This document shows positions 1 through 10,950 of a stretch of DNA of 64,000 bases, in pieces (position 1 is the stretch's first letter; each line of letters opens with the position of its first letter). The DNA lies in NCBI GenBank assembly GCA_003971905.1, contig RSEE01000030.1:620001-684000 (forward strand), read 5' to 3'. Made by a program: the position numbers and the translations under genes. The stretch is from Moniliella sp. 'wahieum' (lineage: Eukaryota). The notes beneath the pieces were generated by a model, which saw only the letters and a program-made list of their open reading frames with translations, was not told the origin of the DNA and searched no databases.

Positions 1-2360
1 ATCGGTCATGCGCAGATCGCTTTGCGAGGTGTACTGAGTGTCCTGACTAGCTGAGTCTGAGTTCTGCTTAGGCGCTCAGGCGCTCAGGCGCTCAGGTCTC
101 AGGCTTGGCCATCAAAAAAGACTCGCTCATGGCAGGCTCTATGTTCGGCCCTGTTCGGCCTCACTGGCTCAGTAGCCACTAATGCACTAATCGATCATCT
201 CGATCATCCAAATATGCGTGACATGTGACATGTGACATGGTGCGGATTCAGAATTCAGACCTCAGGATATTCAGACCGAAGCCCGAGGCCAGCAACATGA
301 TGCATGATGTATGATGCATGATGCATGATGCGCGGGGGGTGACGCGTGACGCGTGACGAGTGACGCGTTGATCATGGTGCCACCATATCACCCGCTATCG
401 ATCACTTCGATCACTAGATCACTAGTCACTATAAGTCACTAGTACTCACTATGTATTCACTCGCCACTCGATCAATAGTGGATCATCGATCATCGATCAT
501 TAGTCACGCGCCACGCGTCACGAAGTCACGCTCAGAAACTATCCTCGAATCATTAATCATTAATCATTAATCATTCACCACCATGTGCATCATGCATGAG
601 TGCCTCAGCATCAATTATTAGTCGCTTCGGCCGTACGGTACTACCAGTATACTGCCTGTACTGCCCCGGTGCTGGCGAGCAAATTGCTCCACCGGGTTTG
701 GGTGGTTGAGCGGTCGGGCCTGGTTTGGTCCGCAAAAAGACCGATGTCGATGACGACAAGGTGTTGCGGGGTGGGCGAGCGCAGCTAGCGCGCTACCCCC
801 TAACTTGTGCCGGTGATCGACAGTGTCGCGTGACGCGTTGCCGGTTATACTGGGGTATGTGACACGTGCCCGCCACAGTAGGCCACAGTCGATCTCCCCT
901 AGCGGCTAAAAGATCTAATGTATGATGCATGATTTGCATGATTGAGGCTCTTCAAGCTTCAAGCTTCAAGCGTCCAGCTTCTTTAGGCCTCAGGCGCAGG
1001 AATAGTGTGACGTTGTACCACTTGTGTACCAGCCATGGCAACGGCCCTCTCGGGAATAGGGAAAACCGCAAGAAAACCATCGATTTATCGATTACCGATT
1101 CTTATCGATTACCAGTTACCGGTTACCGGCTCCCCGTTACCGAGGTTACCGGTTACCGGCTTACCTAGTTACCTAGTTACCGATTACCGATTACCGGGGA
1201 CTGGTTTCCGGTTACCGGCAAGGCCTTAGGCATTACGCGCTACGCGTTACACGTTACGCGCCTTCAAGCTTAAGGCCTATGGACCACGGCCAAATAAGGC
1301 GCTAAACGCCTTACAGCTTACGCTCTCGTTTGCCTAACCTCCTGTGGGGCTATGCGTTTTGTCCAACCATGCACTATGGTACTACGCCTGAAATTGGATC
1401 GATTACGCATTACCACGTTACCCCTTCTGCATTTTGCCCCTCCACATCGAGACATTTCTCCTGCGTTGCCTTTCTGGACGCTCGATGGTCGATGCTCGAT
1501 GGTCGATGGTCTTGGCCCCGCCCAGCTGGGTACGTAGCGCCGATCAGATGAGTGTGAATTCCAATCGCTTTTGCACCGGGGGTACATTCGGAACCGAACA
1601 TGTCCCAAGGCAGAAGTGAGTCGCCAGCATTGCACCGCACTCCTGTACTCCACCCTATGTGTTAAGCTTTCAAGCTTCACGCTTTGAGTCTGTCCCCAAG
1701 CCTCGGCCTCACGTGCTGCTGCGGTCCGAGGTCGGTCAAATATGTACTTTCGCTTCAGACTTGGGCCGTTGGAGCGTGGTCGTCCGGTCGTGGACCAGAT
1801 AGAGGGACGGGCTAGCGTCACGCACTGAATCCCACACTTCCGTTTGTGAGTACTGTGAGTTGTGATTCTCCCGCTGACAGGTGATGCATGATGTCTGAGC
1901 ATGGTCATTTCGATCATTTACCACCGATCACCGATCACCGATCATCGATCATGGGCTCTGAATTTAACATTGGAAGCTGGAAGCTAGGGGAAATGCGAAG
2001 CTTCGCCTTTCTTGGTGCGCACGTTATTATTAAGCGGTACCCAAATTCCCGGCCACATACCCTACTGCAACAGAGGTGCAAAAGTCTCCGTGCTGCTGCC
2101 CCATGGGCGGGCGTTGCGGCAAGCGCCACACGAGTAGATGAGTGCGCGCGATGTGCTCTAAAAGCGCCAAGTCGTTTCTCCTTGGCCCTATACTATACCC
2201 TACTGAGTACCTGAGTGTACTGAGTGTACTCAGAACGCCCCGCAAAAGCGGTTCGCGCAAAAGGGATTATCGATTATTGGATACAGCTGTTCCCAAGTCG
2301 ATGCGCGGCAAATGTGGGCAATGTGGACCCGCAGCACAGGGCAATCATGATGCATGATGG
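1..2360. repeat. Tract of palindromic heptamer (xwTNAw'x') tandem repeats
   Basis: (TGTGACA)n 218-239, (CATGATG)n 296-331, (CGTGACG)n 339-367, (GATCATC)n 481-499, (AATCATT)4 548-575, (CTTCAAG)3 950-970, (GGTTACC)n 1115-1216. No credible ORF. Confidence 0.9.
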
Positions 2361-2706
2361 TTCCACGGCTCTAGGCCTACTGCCGGCAATGTCGAGTATA
2401 TGTGGTCGCTGAGGAAAGGCTCCTGGACGAAATGGATGTGGGGCTAATGAAACGACCCCTATATATTGCGATCCAATAAACGATGATCGATGAACTCCTT
2501 TTGCGCCCTATATACGATCCGCGCTGATGCACTGATGCAACACACGCATGAAATGCCAAGCAAACCTGTGTAATAAACCACCCTCCTGCACATACCCGCG
2601 GTATCCTAGGTACATAATAGACCGGGACGGAATCCCATTGGTCCTTTCGTACAGCATTTGTTTAAAATATAGCAACTCTTTAACATATAAAAGTAGAACG
2701 TACATG

Positions 2707-3859
2707 CATCTTCTATTACCATATCGGAGGGTGCAAAGAAATCCGCCAACAACCCTACTGCTCCCGACCTGAACCCTACTGCTCCCCGACCTGCACGTGA
2801 CGGCTGGGGGGGGGTGCGCCAACGATCGGGCATATGACAGAGTCGCGTCCTCCCTTAAAATGCCCCCTACCCGTACTCACCGCCGGTGCCCCCATTGCGG
2901 CACCAACGACCACACTGGCACACGGTGCCCGTTCAATCCACGCCCACGGTTGTGCCCCCACTGCCGTCGTCCTGGCCACAAGGCTGCCGCGGAGTGGTGG
3001 AGCAAGCAGGAGAAGTGGTGGAGCAAGAAGGAGATGTGGAAAGCAAGGGGTCTTTGCGACAAAAATAGGGTGGGGGGGGGGGAAGGCCAAGAAGAGGGGG
3101 GGGGGACAAGAAGAGAGGGGGGGACAATCCCTTAGGTGAAAGACGACTTACGGTAGTTTCGGGCTTGGGCTACTTGGTGGATCCGGGCGAGGAGGAGAAG
3201 CCTTTGTGAAGCCGAGGCGGCTGCACGCATGGCAAGGCTGTGTATACGCCGGCTGGAGGGTAGTAACGTGTCTGAAGTCTCCGGGGCTGAGAGACGGGTA
3301 GATGCAGTGGAGCGGACAGACGCTGCCAGGGCTGATGAAGGGCAGCGGCTGTGAAAGGAAAACCCACGCGACATGATTGGCTGGAAACGGTCAGGAGTTG
3401 GGCAGGAAAGGCGGGAAGGGACGAGAATGGTAGGTGTGGGATAAAGGATCCCCACTGATGCTGACTGTTGGTTGACCCTGTTTTGGTAAACCCCTCCTGT
3501 CTAAGCCCCACCGCACTGGCATATAGATGTTGACCGAGCGAAGCTGCTATAGAGTGCGACTTGGGAGCACTCGCGATCCTATGGATCAGCTGCAATGCAG
3601 CCTTCAGACAAGACGTGAAGGCAAAGTGGTGAGCCATAAGTCTTCAAACAACGTCTGTATTGAAGGGAGGGAGACAGGAGAGAGAGAAGGGAGATGAAGC
3701 GAGCAGGGCGTGCGCGCCCTGCGAGCGGAACTCTTCCGCCGGCTAAGTGAGCGTCACCGATCCACCGAGCCGTGCAAGGGAACCCCAGCACTACCCTCCA
3801 ACAGAAGCAGGCGAAGGCTGCGAGGGCAATAAGAATGTCATCCGATAGCACTTCCTCGT
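2707..3859 (+). repeat. Left arm of ~1.1 kb dispersed inverted repeat (partner 10951-12052)
   Basis: CATCTTCTATTACCATAT...AAAGAAATCCGCCAACAACCCTACTG at the outer end and ...AGAATGTCATCCGATAGCACTTCCTCGT at the inner end match the reverse complement of 10951-12052, with internal indels. Confidence 0.9.
2860..3135 (+). CDS. Small CCHC zinc-knuckle protein inside the repeat
   Basis: MPPTRTHRR-CPHCGTNDHTGTRC (CX2CX4HX4C), followed by a second, degenerate knuckle CPHCRRPGH. Confidence 0.5.
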   Translation: MPPTRTHRRCPHCGTNDHTGTRCPFNPRPRLCPHCRRPGHKAAAEWWSKQEKWWSKKEMWKARGLCDKNRVGGGEGQEEGGGTRREGGTIP

Positions 3860-5539
3860 AGTGTATATATTCGAAAGGGTGTATCGTATGTAATGTGGAT
3901 AACTATTAGAAACTAGTAACTAGCAACTCTCCATTTTTAAGATCTAAAGCCTGAGCGAGCGCTGAGTTCAATCGCACTCCTCACTAGCCTCACTCTCCTG
4001 ATGATTAACCTGGAGGCATGAGGCCAGATGCACCTGATGTTCCTCATCGACCGTGTTGATTGACGCAATCGCACTAGTGGTGCTGGTAATAGGTGGTAGT
4101 GGGGGGTCTAAGCCACAGCCATCGAACAACTCCTACAGAGGAATATCAAGCAGCCAGACTCCACCAGGGGGGCTACTAGGCTCAGGAACAAGGAAAACCG
4201 AAACGAGAAAACAACGGAACTCCTGGGTCTGAGGAGGGATCTGTGGAGGGACTGCCAAAAGGGACGGTTGCCAAAACACACAGGAGCCATTCGACACCTC
4301 TCTCGACTCCTGTTGACCTGGGTTGTGTCTATTAAGCCAAGACCGAGCTGGTTGTTCTGAATGTTGACCATCGCTACGTTGAACAGTCCGTGTATTACAT
4401 TGCGTTCAAACAGAGCATATGCCAATTCAGCCTGCACTACGTGGGTCGAGTCCCTTTTGTACGGCTGAGAGAAGCTATTCCGTGAGCTGCTCCCCCCTCT
4501 GCCTTTATCCTGCTTTTCGGATTGTTATTACTTCCACCTTTTTGTATGAAAAAAACGAGCTCTAGTTGACCTCCCTGATCCGTCTCTTTCCTTCCCTCTC
4601 GTTCATTGCGAGGATTTTTCGTATATTGATGCATTTCTCGTTCCGGGCTGAGAGTGTGCCCTCCCCTCTTTCCGTCCCTATTCCCTGCAGTCACAGCCTA
4701 TAAGGCAAGAAGAGTCTAGCACGGAGGCGGCGAATTATGTGGCAAAGCTGCCTAAGGCAGCGCCTTCAGCAGTTAGTGACGTGTCTGAAAAGCCATTCGG
4801 GCTCGAAAAAGAGAGAAGAGGCAACCAGAAGGACAAACCCCCTCTGACTACTAGGACTGGAGTTGAGACGCTGGAGGAACTGAAGCTGGGACTGAGAGCT
4901 GCGGGGGCTGAGAGCTATTATAAAAGACTAGGTCACTGTGTGGTTGATAGGCCGAATTGAGAGACGAAGTGGGTAATAGGCGGAAGAGGAGAAGGCGGAG
5001 AGAACAGAAGAGTCTATCAAGTGGAGAAGAATTTGCCTCGCTGTCATAAAAGGCCCATTATTTACGGACTGCCGAACACGGAGGGTGGCAAGAATCCACA
5101 AACCGGGATTACAGGCTAGGCTCAAAAAGGAAACCAAACGCAATAGAAGGAGAATTGGGAGAGGTAAGCGACTGTAGGGTGCAATTGCCATCAGGAAAAC
5201 GATTCTCTTGGTGCTTGGTTATACTCGCATCGCCCGGCCCTTACAAGAGAGGGTGTGCCCTTTTGTATCAAAAAACACCCGGATTTCTTTTCAATTCATC
5301 ATTGACCTAGGCATTTTTTCTTCTGTTTAGTCTTTTCCAGCTATATATGCCGCCTTTTCCTGTGACCTGCAGATGTTCATTCATCCAGTTTCCCTTCGCT
5401 CGGTGATGGACCCCTATTCCCGTCGAAGTCCAGGACCTCGGGTCCGGGCGTACCTCACATACGGGGCGGGTTGGCCGGATTTCAGCCACACTGCTGACCA
5501 CGTAGAGCATGCTCCAGTGCTTCAGGTCTTGCATAGGCG

Positions 5540-5655
5540 TCTCGCCCCGTTCCGTTTACGACGTGTTTAGGTTCGATCAACCGTAGCCTCGTCCATGAAA
5601 AAGACCGATTCCCAGGGCGGAGTCTGCGCCTAGTGTGGCGCATACAGCACTAAAT
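5540..5655 (-). mobile_element. Possible decayed Tc1/mariner (IS630-like) transposase fragment
   Basis: My minus-strand translation LYAPH*AQTPPWESVFFMDEATV resembles the W-x-x-V-x-F-S-D-E motif around the first catalytic Asp of Tc1-type transposases. Stop codons present, no TIRs seen. Confidence 0.25.
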
Positions 5656-5759
5656 GTCAGGGGGGGGGGGGGAGTATTGTTGGAGGAGCGAGATGTCCTT
5701 CACACAACATCATCGTGTGACTTTTGTCGCTCGAGACTGTAACTTTGATCATGTTCGGA

Positions 5760-6790
5760 TCTTTCTTCGAGCTTCAAGCTTCATATATCATGTCTCTCCT
5801 CTCCATTCTCCGCATTTCAGCGCAACGTTACTGATTACTATACTGCGTGTGCGGCTCTGCATGGTGAAGAGAGGGTCTGTGACATACAACAAAAATGTAC
5901 ACGGCCTAGTACATGAATCATCCAAGAGGCCTGTGGCTCGTATTTGAGGCATTCCGCGAGAGGGAAGCGAGAGACTCCAGTCACTAGTCACAACATGTAA
6001 GAGGCAGTGACCTCGAGGACCGAGCACCCTCCGCGCGGTCCCCACCATACTGAAGCTAGTCAAGACTTAGCGCTTAGCTGCGCTTCTCCAGCTTCGCCCC
6101 GCTACTTTCTTAGCGCCTTTAGTGCCAGGCTCTGCTTTCGCGCTTCCGAGTTTGTGATTCCAATATACACCCAGCTGTTACTAGTGACTGGCCTCGGCGT
6201 CGATGCCATCATGGATGTCACACACACAGCCACATGTCACAGATACGCCACCGAGTACTGTGTATTGACGCACTGTGACATGCATGTGACATGTGATGTG
6301 GGACGAACTAAAGATACGAGTGTAGTCACAAGTCACTAGTCACTCAGGACTCAGTCTGAGTACTCACTATCACTAGATCCTCGATCACTTCGATCACTAG
6401 ATCACTATAGCTTTTCACTACGTCACTAGTCACTAGTACTCACTACTCAGTACTCACTACTCCCTAGCCATGCAGTTCTGTACTTCAGGTTGAAGCTTCC
6501 AGCTTCACCGGCATCGGCACTACCCAGCACCCACACACCCAACTCCAACTCCGCCGCAGTGACTCTGTGACTATAGTGACCTGTGCCGGCAGCCCCATTC
6601 CACCACCAGCCGAGTCCTTTTGACGACCGAGAATCGTCCGGTTGAGCTTGAGAGAGCTTGAGCTCAGCCGGGCACCGTGATCGATCATTTCGATCATTAT
6701 GCATTAGCACCAACATGCATCACCATATCGGGCACCGGTCAGGCCGGCCATGCTGAACGTGTTGAGCTTTGGACGTTGAGTATCTGAATC
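5760..6790. repeat. Tract of palindromic heptamer repeats
   Basis: GTGACATGCATGTGACATGTGA ~6276-6297, (AGTCACT)n 6331-6345 and 6422-6440, ACTCAGT units, GATCATTTCGATCATT ~6683-6698. Confidence 0.85.
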
Positions 6791-7492
6791 CCTCTTCGAT
6801 CCATTCTTTCCCTGTTGTGACCATGATGCACCATGCACAGTATAGCAGAACCTATCACAATTCACTCCCTTCTCTGGATCTAACGCACACCCTGTTTATG
6901 CGTCTGTGGATATCTTCTTCCTCAGGCCGTAGCTCGATGCTTACGCGGCTCACGCCCCACACGACTCCTGCCACGTTATCCTACTTCACCGACCAGGTTC
7001 GTTGTCAGAAGTATAGTAGCTCGCCTACCATAGCTATTACTACACCTGCCAGGACTCTTGGGCCTCGTCGTATGGTTCTGCTTTCCTACAGACAGGATCG
7101 GAAGGGACCACACTGTCTTGCATGCCTGACAAAAAAAACGAGCATCGATACGCGAGTTCACGCTGGGTCCCCCAACGGTACGATGGCAAGTCAATGGATG
7201 CGCAACCCCAAGGGGTGGAAAGAAAAGTATACAATTGTTGGTGCGAGCATCGCGGCCCAGAGAAGGGAGAAACAGGGCAATAACAAGGCGTCACACAGTG
7301 TGTGGGGGGGAGGACGAAGGTGGAGCGCGGCGTTGATAAGGTAGGGAACTGGGGCCGCTTTGGGGTGTGGAGAGCACATGCAAGCGGACGGGGACGGGGG
7401 TGGGATTCGGACGCTGGGGGTTGCGAATTGGGAGTGGCAGTTGAGTTGGTTGAGAAGTAAGAGTAAGAGTTGAGTGTAGGAGACTGGCGAGG

Positions 7493-10400
7493 TTAAGACA
7501 GACCCATCGGCATCCGGCCTAGACGCGGCGCAAATCCTGGCGGCATCAGGTCCGCCCCTTGTGCCGGCAGGGCAAAGTCTGACCCGGGCCCGGAACTAGA
7601 GGGTGCACCGCGGTACATCATCGCCTGCGCTTGCGCCTGTGCTTGCGCCGGGCTCAGACCTTGCATCCCCACCCGCGATGGGATCCCCGGCGGAGGTTGC
7701 CGTCCCAAGCCGAGCATACCAGGGTCGTAGTACGGCGCTTCGGCGGCGTTACCGCCGTACCCGTAAGGCACTTTTTGCTGCTGCGACGAGGCGGCAGCCA
7801 TGATCTGAGCAAGAAGTGGGTTGCTCCCTTGAGCTTGAGCTTGAGCTTGAGCTTGAGCTTGAGCTTGGGCTTGGGCTTGAGCTTGAGCTTGGGCTTGAGC
7901 TTGAGCCTGAGCGTGAGCCTGGGCCTGGGCGTGAGCCTGGGCCTGGGCTTGAGCCTGGGCTTGCGCCTGAGCTTGAGCTTGCGCTTGGGCATGGGCCTGC
8001 CCCGCTCCCACGGACGGGGACTGACCCAGCATTGCCGCTCTGGCCTGGACTTGCTGAGCTTGCTGCACAGCCTGCGCTTCGGCCCACGCCTGTTGTTGAG
8101 CAGTGGGCGCGGCAGTGTCGAACCAAGGCGCGGCAGTGTCGAACCAAGGCGCGGCAGTGTCGAACCAAGGCGCGTTTTTGGCCGCTTGCTGCTGACTTTG
8201 CCAGCGGTAGAGTTGTTGGAGGTACTGGGCATTGGCGCTGGTCGGTTGCGGCGAGTTGGTCTCGTCCCCTCGCTGGGGATACAGTCCATTCATCACTCGC
8301 GACGTGATCGGGTCCAGCGCGAGGCCAGGTGCGACCCCATCTTCCTTGTTCATCAAGCGGGACTGGCGCTCGGCCTCTTTAGATTCCAGCTTGCCCCAGG
8401 CCAGCGACGCGTAGGGGTCAAAGCGGCCATGGTAGGTGACATGCGACGAGCCCATCGGGCCACTCTCAACCAACAAACACGACGCGGCGTGGTCCAAGGC
8501 AGTGGGGCCCACGTGCAACGTGGTGCTCAGCGCACCCAACGACCCAAACCCAGTAATCGTACCAATCCCCAACGCTGCCAACCCAATCGCATACCAGGAT
8601 GAGGAGACTGCAATGTTGGTACGGTCGTCCTTGGTGGACAGCGTGTCTTGTCTCTGCTGCTCGTCCAGGCAAAAAGTAAAGTCATGGTCGTCATACGCAA
8701 AGCACGAGGCCAACGCTTCTACCGTCTCGCCCACATCGACATCCAACGGCAACCGTCCCTTTCGGAGTTCGTCTGGAGTGAGAGGCGTGGCGCGAGTCAC
8801 ATCGGGCCCGACCGCCTGCTCCTCTTGGGTAGGAGCACTGGGCTCCTTCGAAGGCAAGGCCAGCCCAGGAGGCTGAGCTGCTACCACACTCGGCTTGGGC
8901 GAGTCGGCTACCTTGACAACCTCGGCCAGCGACGGTTGGGGCGGGGTGGCAACGACGTCTTCTTTCGCTGGACTGGAGGAGGCCAACACAGAAGGTTTGT
9001 TGGCGGTATCCTTGGTAGTCTCCTTCTTGGCAACCCGTTGCTTCTTGGGTTGCTGTGCTGTTGCTTGCGCCGCTTGAGAATGGGCCAGGGCCGCTGAAAG
9101 AGGCGGAAGCTCTTCCTGTCGCAAGCCGCCCGGTGTTGTTACACGATTGACCGAAGGGCGAACCGGGAGTCCGCTCCCCGACCCCCAAGAAGCCGTCTTG
9201 GGTAGGGCTGTCCACCACTTTCGCTCTCGTGAAGATGGGTGTGGGCGTGGAGGTGCGCAGGTGGATGGGGAGAGTGAGGATGGGCATGGCCATGCGCCTG
9301 GTGTGCAGCCTGTAGGATCGCAGCGGGGGAGGGGGGGGCAGGCAAATGCGCTGGAGGAGCTGGAGGAGGGCGGTCAATGGGCGCACCCCAGGAAGTAAGC
9401 AGTTCTTGTTTGGAAGGCGCGACCACAGTTCGGACCTTGTCAGTGTCCGAAGCAGAAGGACGGAGATGGCGCAGGTCCTCCTTGGTAAACGTGTCCATCT
9501 CGTCCGCCGGCTCATGGACCAGGGTGCAGTCCATATTTTGGCACGGCAAAGCACGCAGGTAGTTGGTGCAGTACTTGTTGGTCCCATAGCTTGCATGGAT
9601 CGTCTTGTCATCTGCACTCTTGGTGCCATCGATTGAAACAATTGCCCGTGCTGCATCTTCTGCCGCTGATACGTCACATAGACACCGATCGACGTGTCCT
9701 GCGTACCCATCACGAGTTTGCTCTTCGACTGACGCCGGCTGATCTCAATGTAGCTGATCCGCCCGTACTGCCCAAAGTAGTCATGCGACTTGAGCGTCGG
9801 GATCAGGTCCTCGGTGGCCAACTTGGAGCTCAAGCCAGTCACGTACACAACGTTGCGCTGCACGATCGCGAGTGCGAGTTGGCGAGGCGGGTGCGGTTCA
9901 TTTGCTCCAGCTCCTTCTTCTCTCGCTCGCGTTGCTTTTTGACCTGACTCAGGTGCTTGATCTCTTCGTTGCTCATCGGGGTGAACTCGACTTGATCCTC
10001 ACTGTACTTACGCCGGCACGCAGGGCAGAGACCATTGAAGTTCTGCATAATGTTGTGCCAGCAAAAGCGACAAATCTAGCCAGGGCAGGACAGGGGGGTC
10101 AGCGGGGGCCGGACCCGGCGGCTGGGGAGAGAGGAAGATACGCACGCGGTAGCCACATGGACAGGGCTTAAAGTTGGAGTCCGTAATGTCAATTTCCTCC
10201 AGACAAAGGGGACACTCCATTTCCTCGTCGTCTTCATCGGACCAGACAGCGTCCTGCAGACGGATCCGCAGGGCCTGGGACAGGTCAATCTGCGACGGCG
10301 GCGGCGGCAGGCCGTGGTGGGAAGAAATGGGGTCGTGGGCATGGCTCTGCTCCTTGGCGGAGACGGCAGCGCCACGGGTGGAGGGCAAGGCAGTTGCCCA

Positions 10401-10592
10401 GCGGTTGACGGCGGGGGGGGTGGCGGTGCGTGTGCGGGCACGGGCGGGCTCGGAGGAGGCCAGGGCAGCGCTGAGGCCGAGGGGGGGGAAGGGGGAGCCG
10501 GTGGTGGGGTTGAGCGCGTGCGGGACGGCGCTGGCGCTGGCGGGCGAGTCGAGCTCGGGGCGGCCAGCGGACGGCGGAGCGCGGCGCGGCAT
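7493..10592 (-). CDS. NOT4: CCR4-NOT E3 ubiquitin ligase subunit Not4 (RING, coiled coil, RRM, C3H1, Q/A-rich tail); intron ~10078-10146; several frameshifts
   Basis: [48 protein letters not shown] (C4C4 RING); [10 protein letters not shown]...DYFGQYGRI (RRM); [23 protein letters not shown] (C3H1). Start codon uncertain. Confidence 0.92.
7829..7995 (-). repeat. Coding (GCTCAA/GCCCAA)n hexamer repeat encoding poly-(QA) in Not4
   Basis: TTGAGC/CTGGGC units on the + strand; the ORF reads (QA)n. A 21-bp x3 repeat at ~8107-8173 encodes WFDTAAP. Confidence 0.9.
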
Positions 10593-10950
10593 CCTCGGCG
10601 TCGGCGAGCGGGCAGAGGGGCGGGTGTCAAGAAGCTCCGCGCGAGAAGGCGGCGGCCGAGACGCTGTGCTGCGAGGAGCGCCTTCAGTTAGAGGGGCGCA
10701 TTCAACATTCAATATTCAATCGCCAGCACCACACCTGCAACACTGCCCGGGCGCAGGGCCAGCAACATTGCAAGGGGGAACAACCCTAGCAACCCTACCT
10801 CGGTTATGCTGCCGCGTGCACCCTGGGACACGACTGGCGTCTCCTGGTGTCTCCTGCGTCTCGTGGTGTTTCCTGGCGTCCCACCGGCGCACTCCCGGGT
10901 ATACACCTCACGTTGAGATTCAACATGGCCCAGTCTTTACGGCATGATGC

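Noticed and set aside
1..2360. CRISPR array or synthetic polylinker (many 6-bp restriction palindromes such as AAGCTT, ACTAGT, ACGCGT, ATGCAT)
   Set aside because: No constant repeat with unique spacers and no cas genes. The sites arise automatically at junctions of xwTNAw'x' units and are dispersed in native intergenic DNA.
571..2560. Short ORFs in the heptamer tracts (e.g. YRLPVTGYRLPVT, LQASSFK)
   Set aside because: They are translations of 7-bp repeats, with no protein-like features.
2751..2793. AACCCTA-containing repeat as telomeric sequence
   Set aside because: Only two 21-22 bp units inside the dispersed repeat; no (TTAGGG)n array.
6769..7379. 191-aa plus ORF and overlapping minus ORFs downstream of NOT4
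   Set aside because: No recognisable motif or consistent gene model; cannot be supported.
7631..8602. Plus-strand 323-aa ORF with (LS)n and the (LE)n ORF
   Set aside because: Antisense shadows of the Not4 QA repeat.
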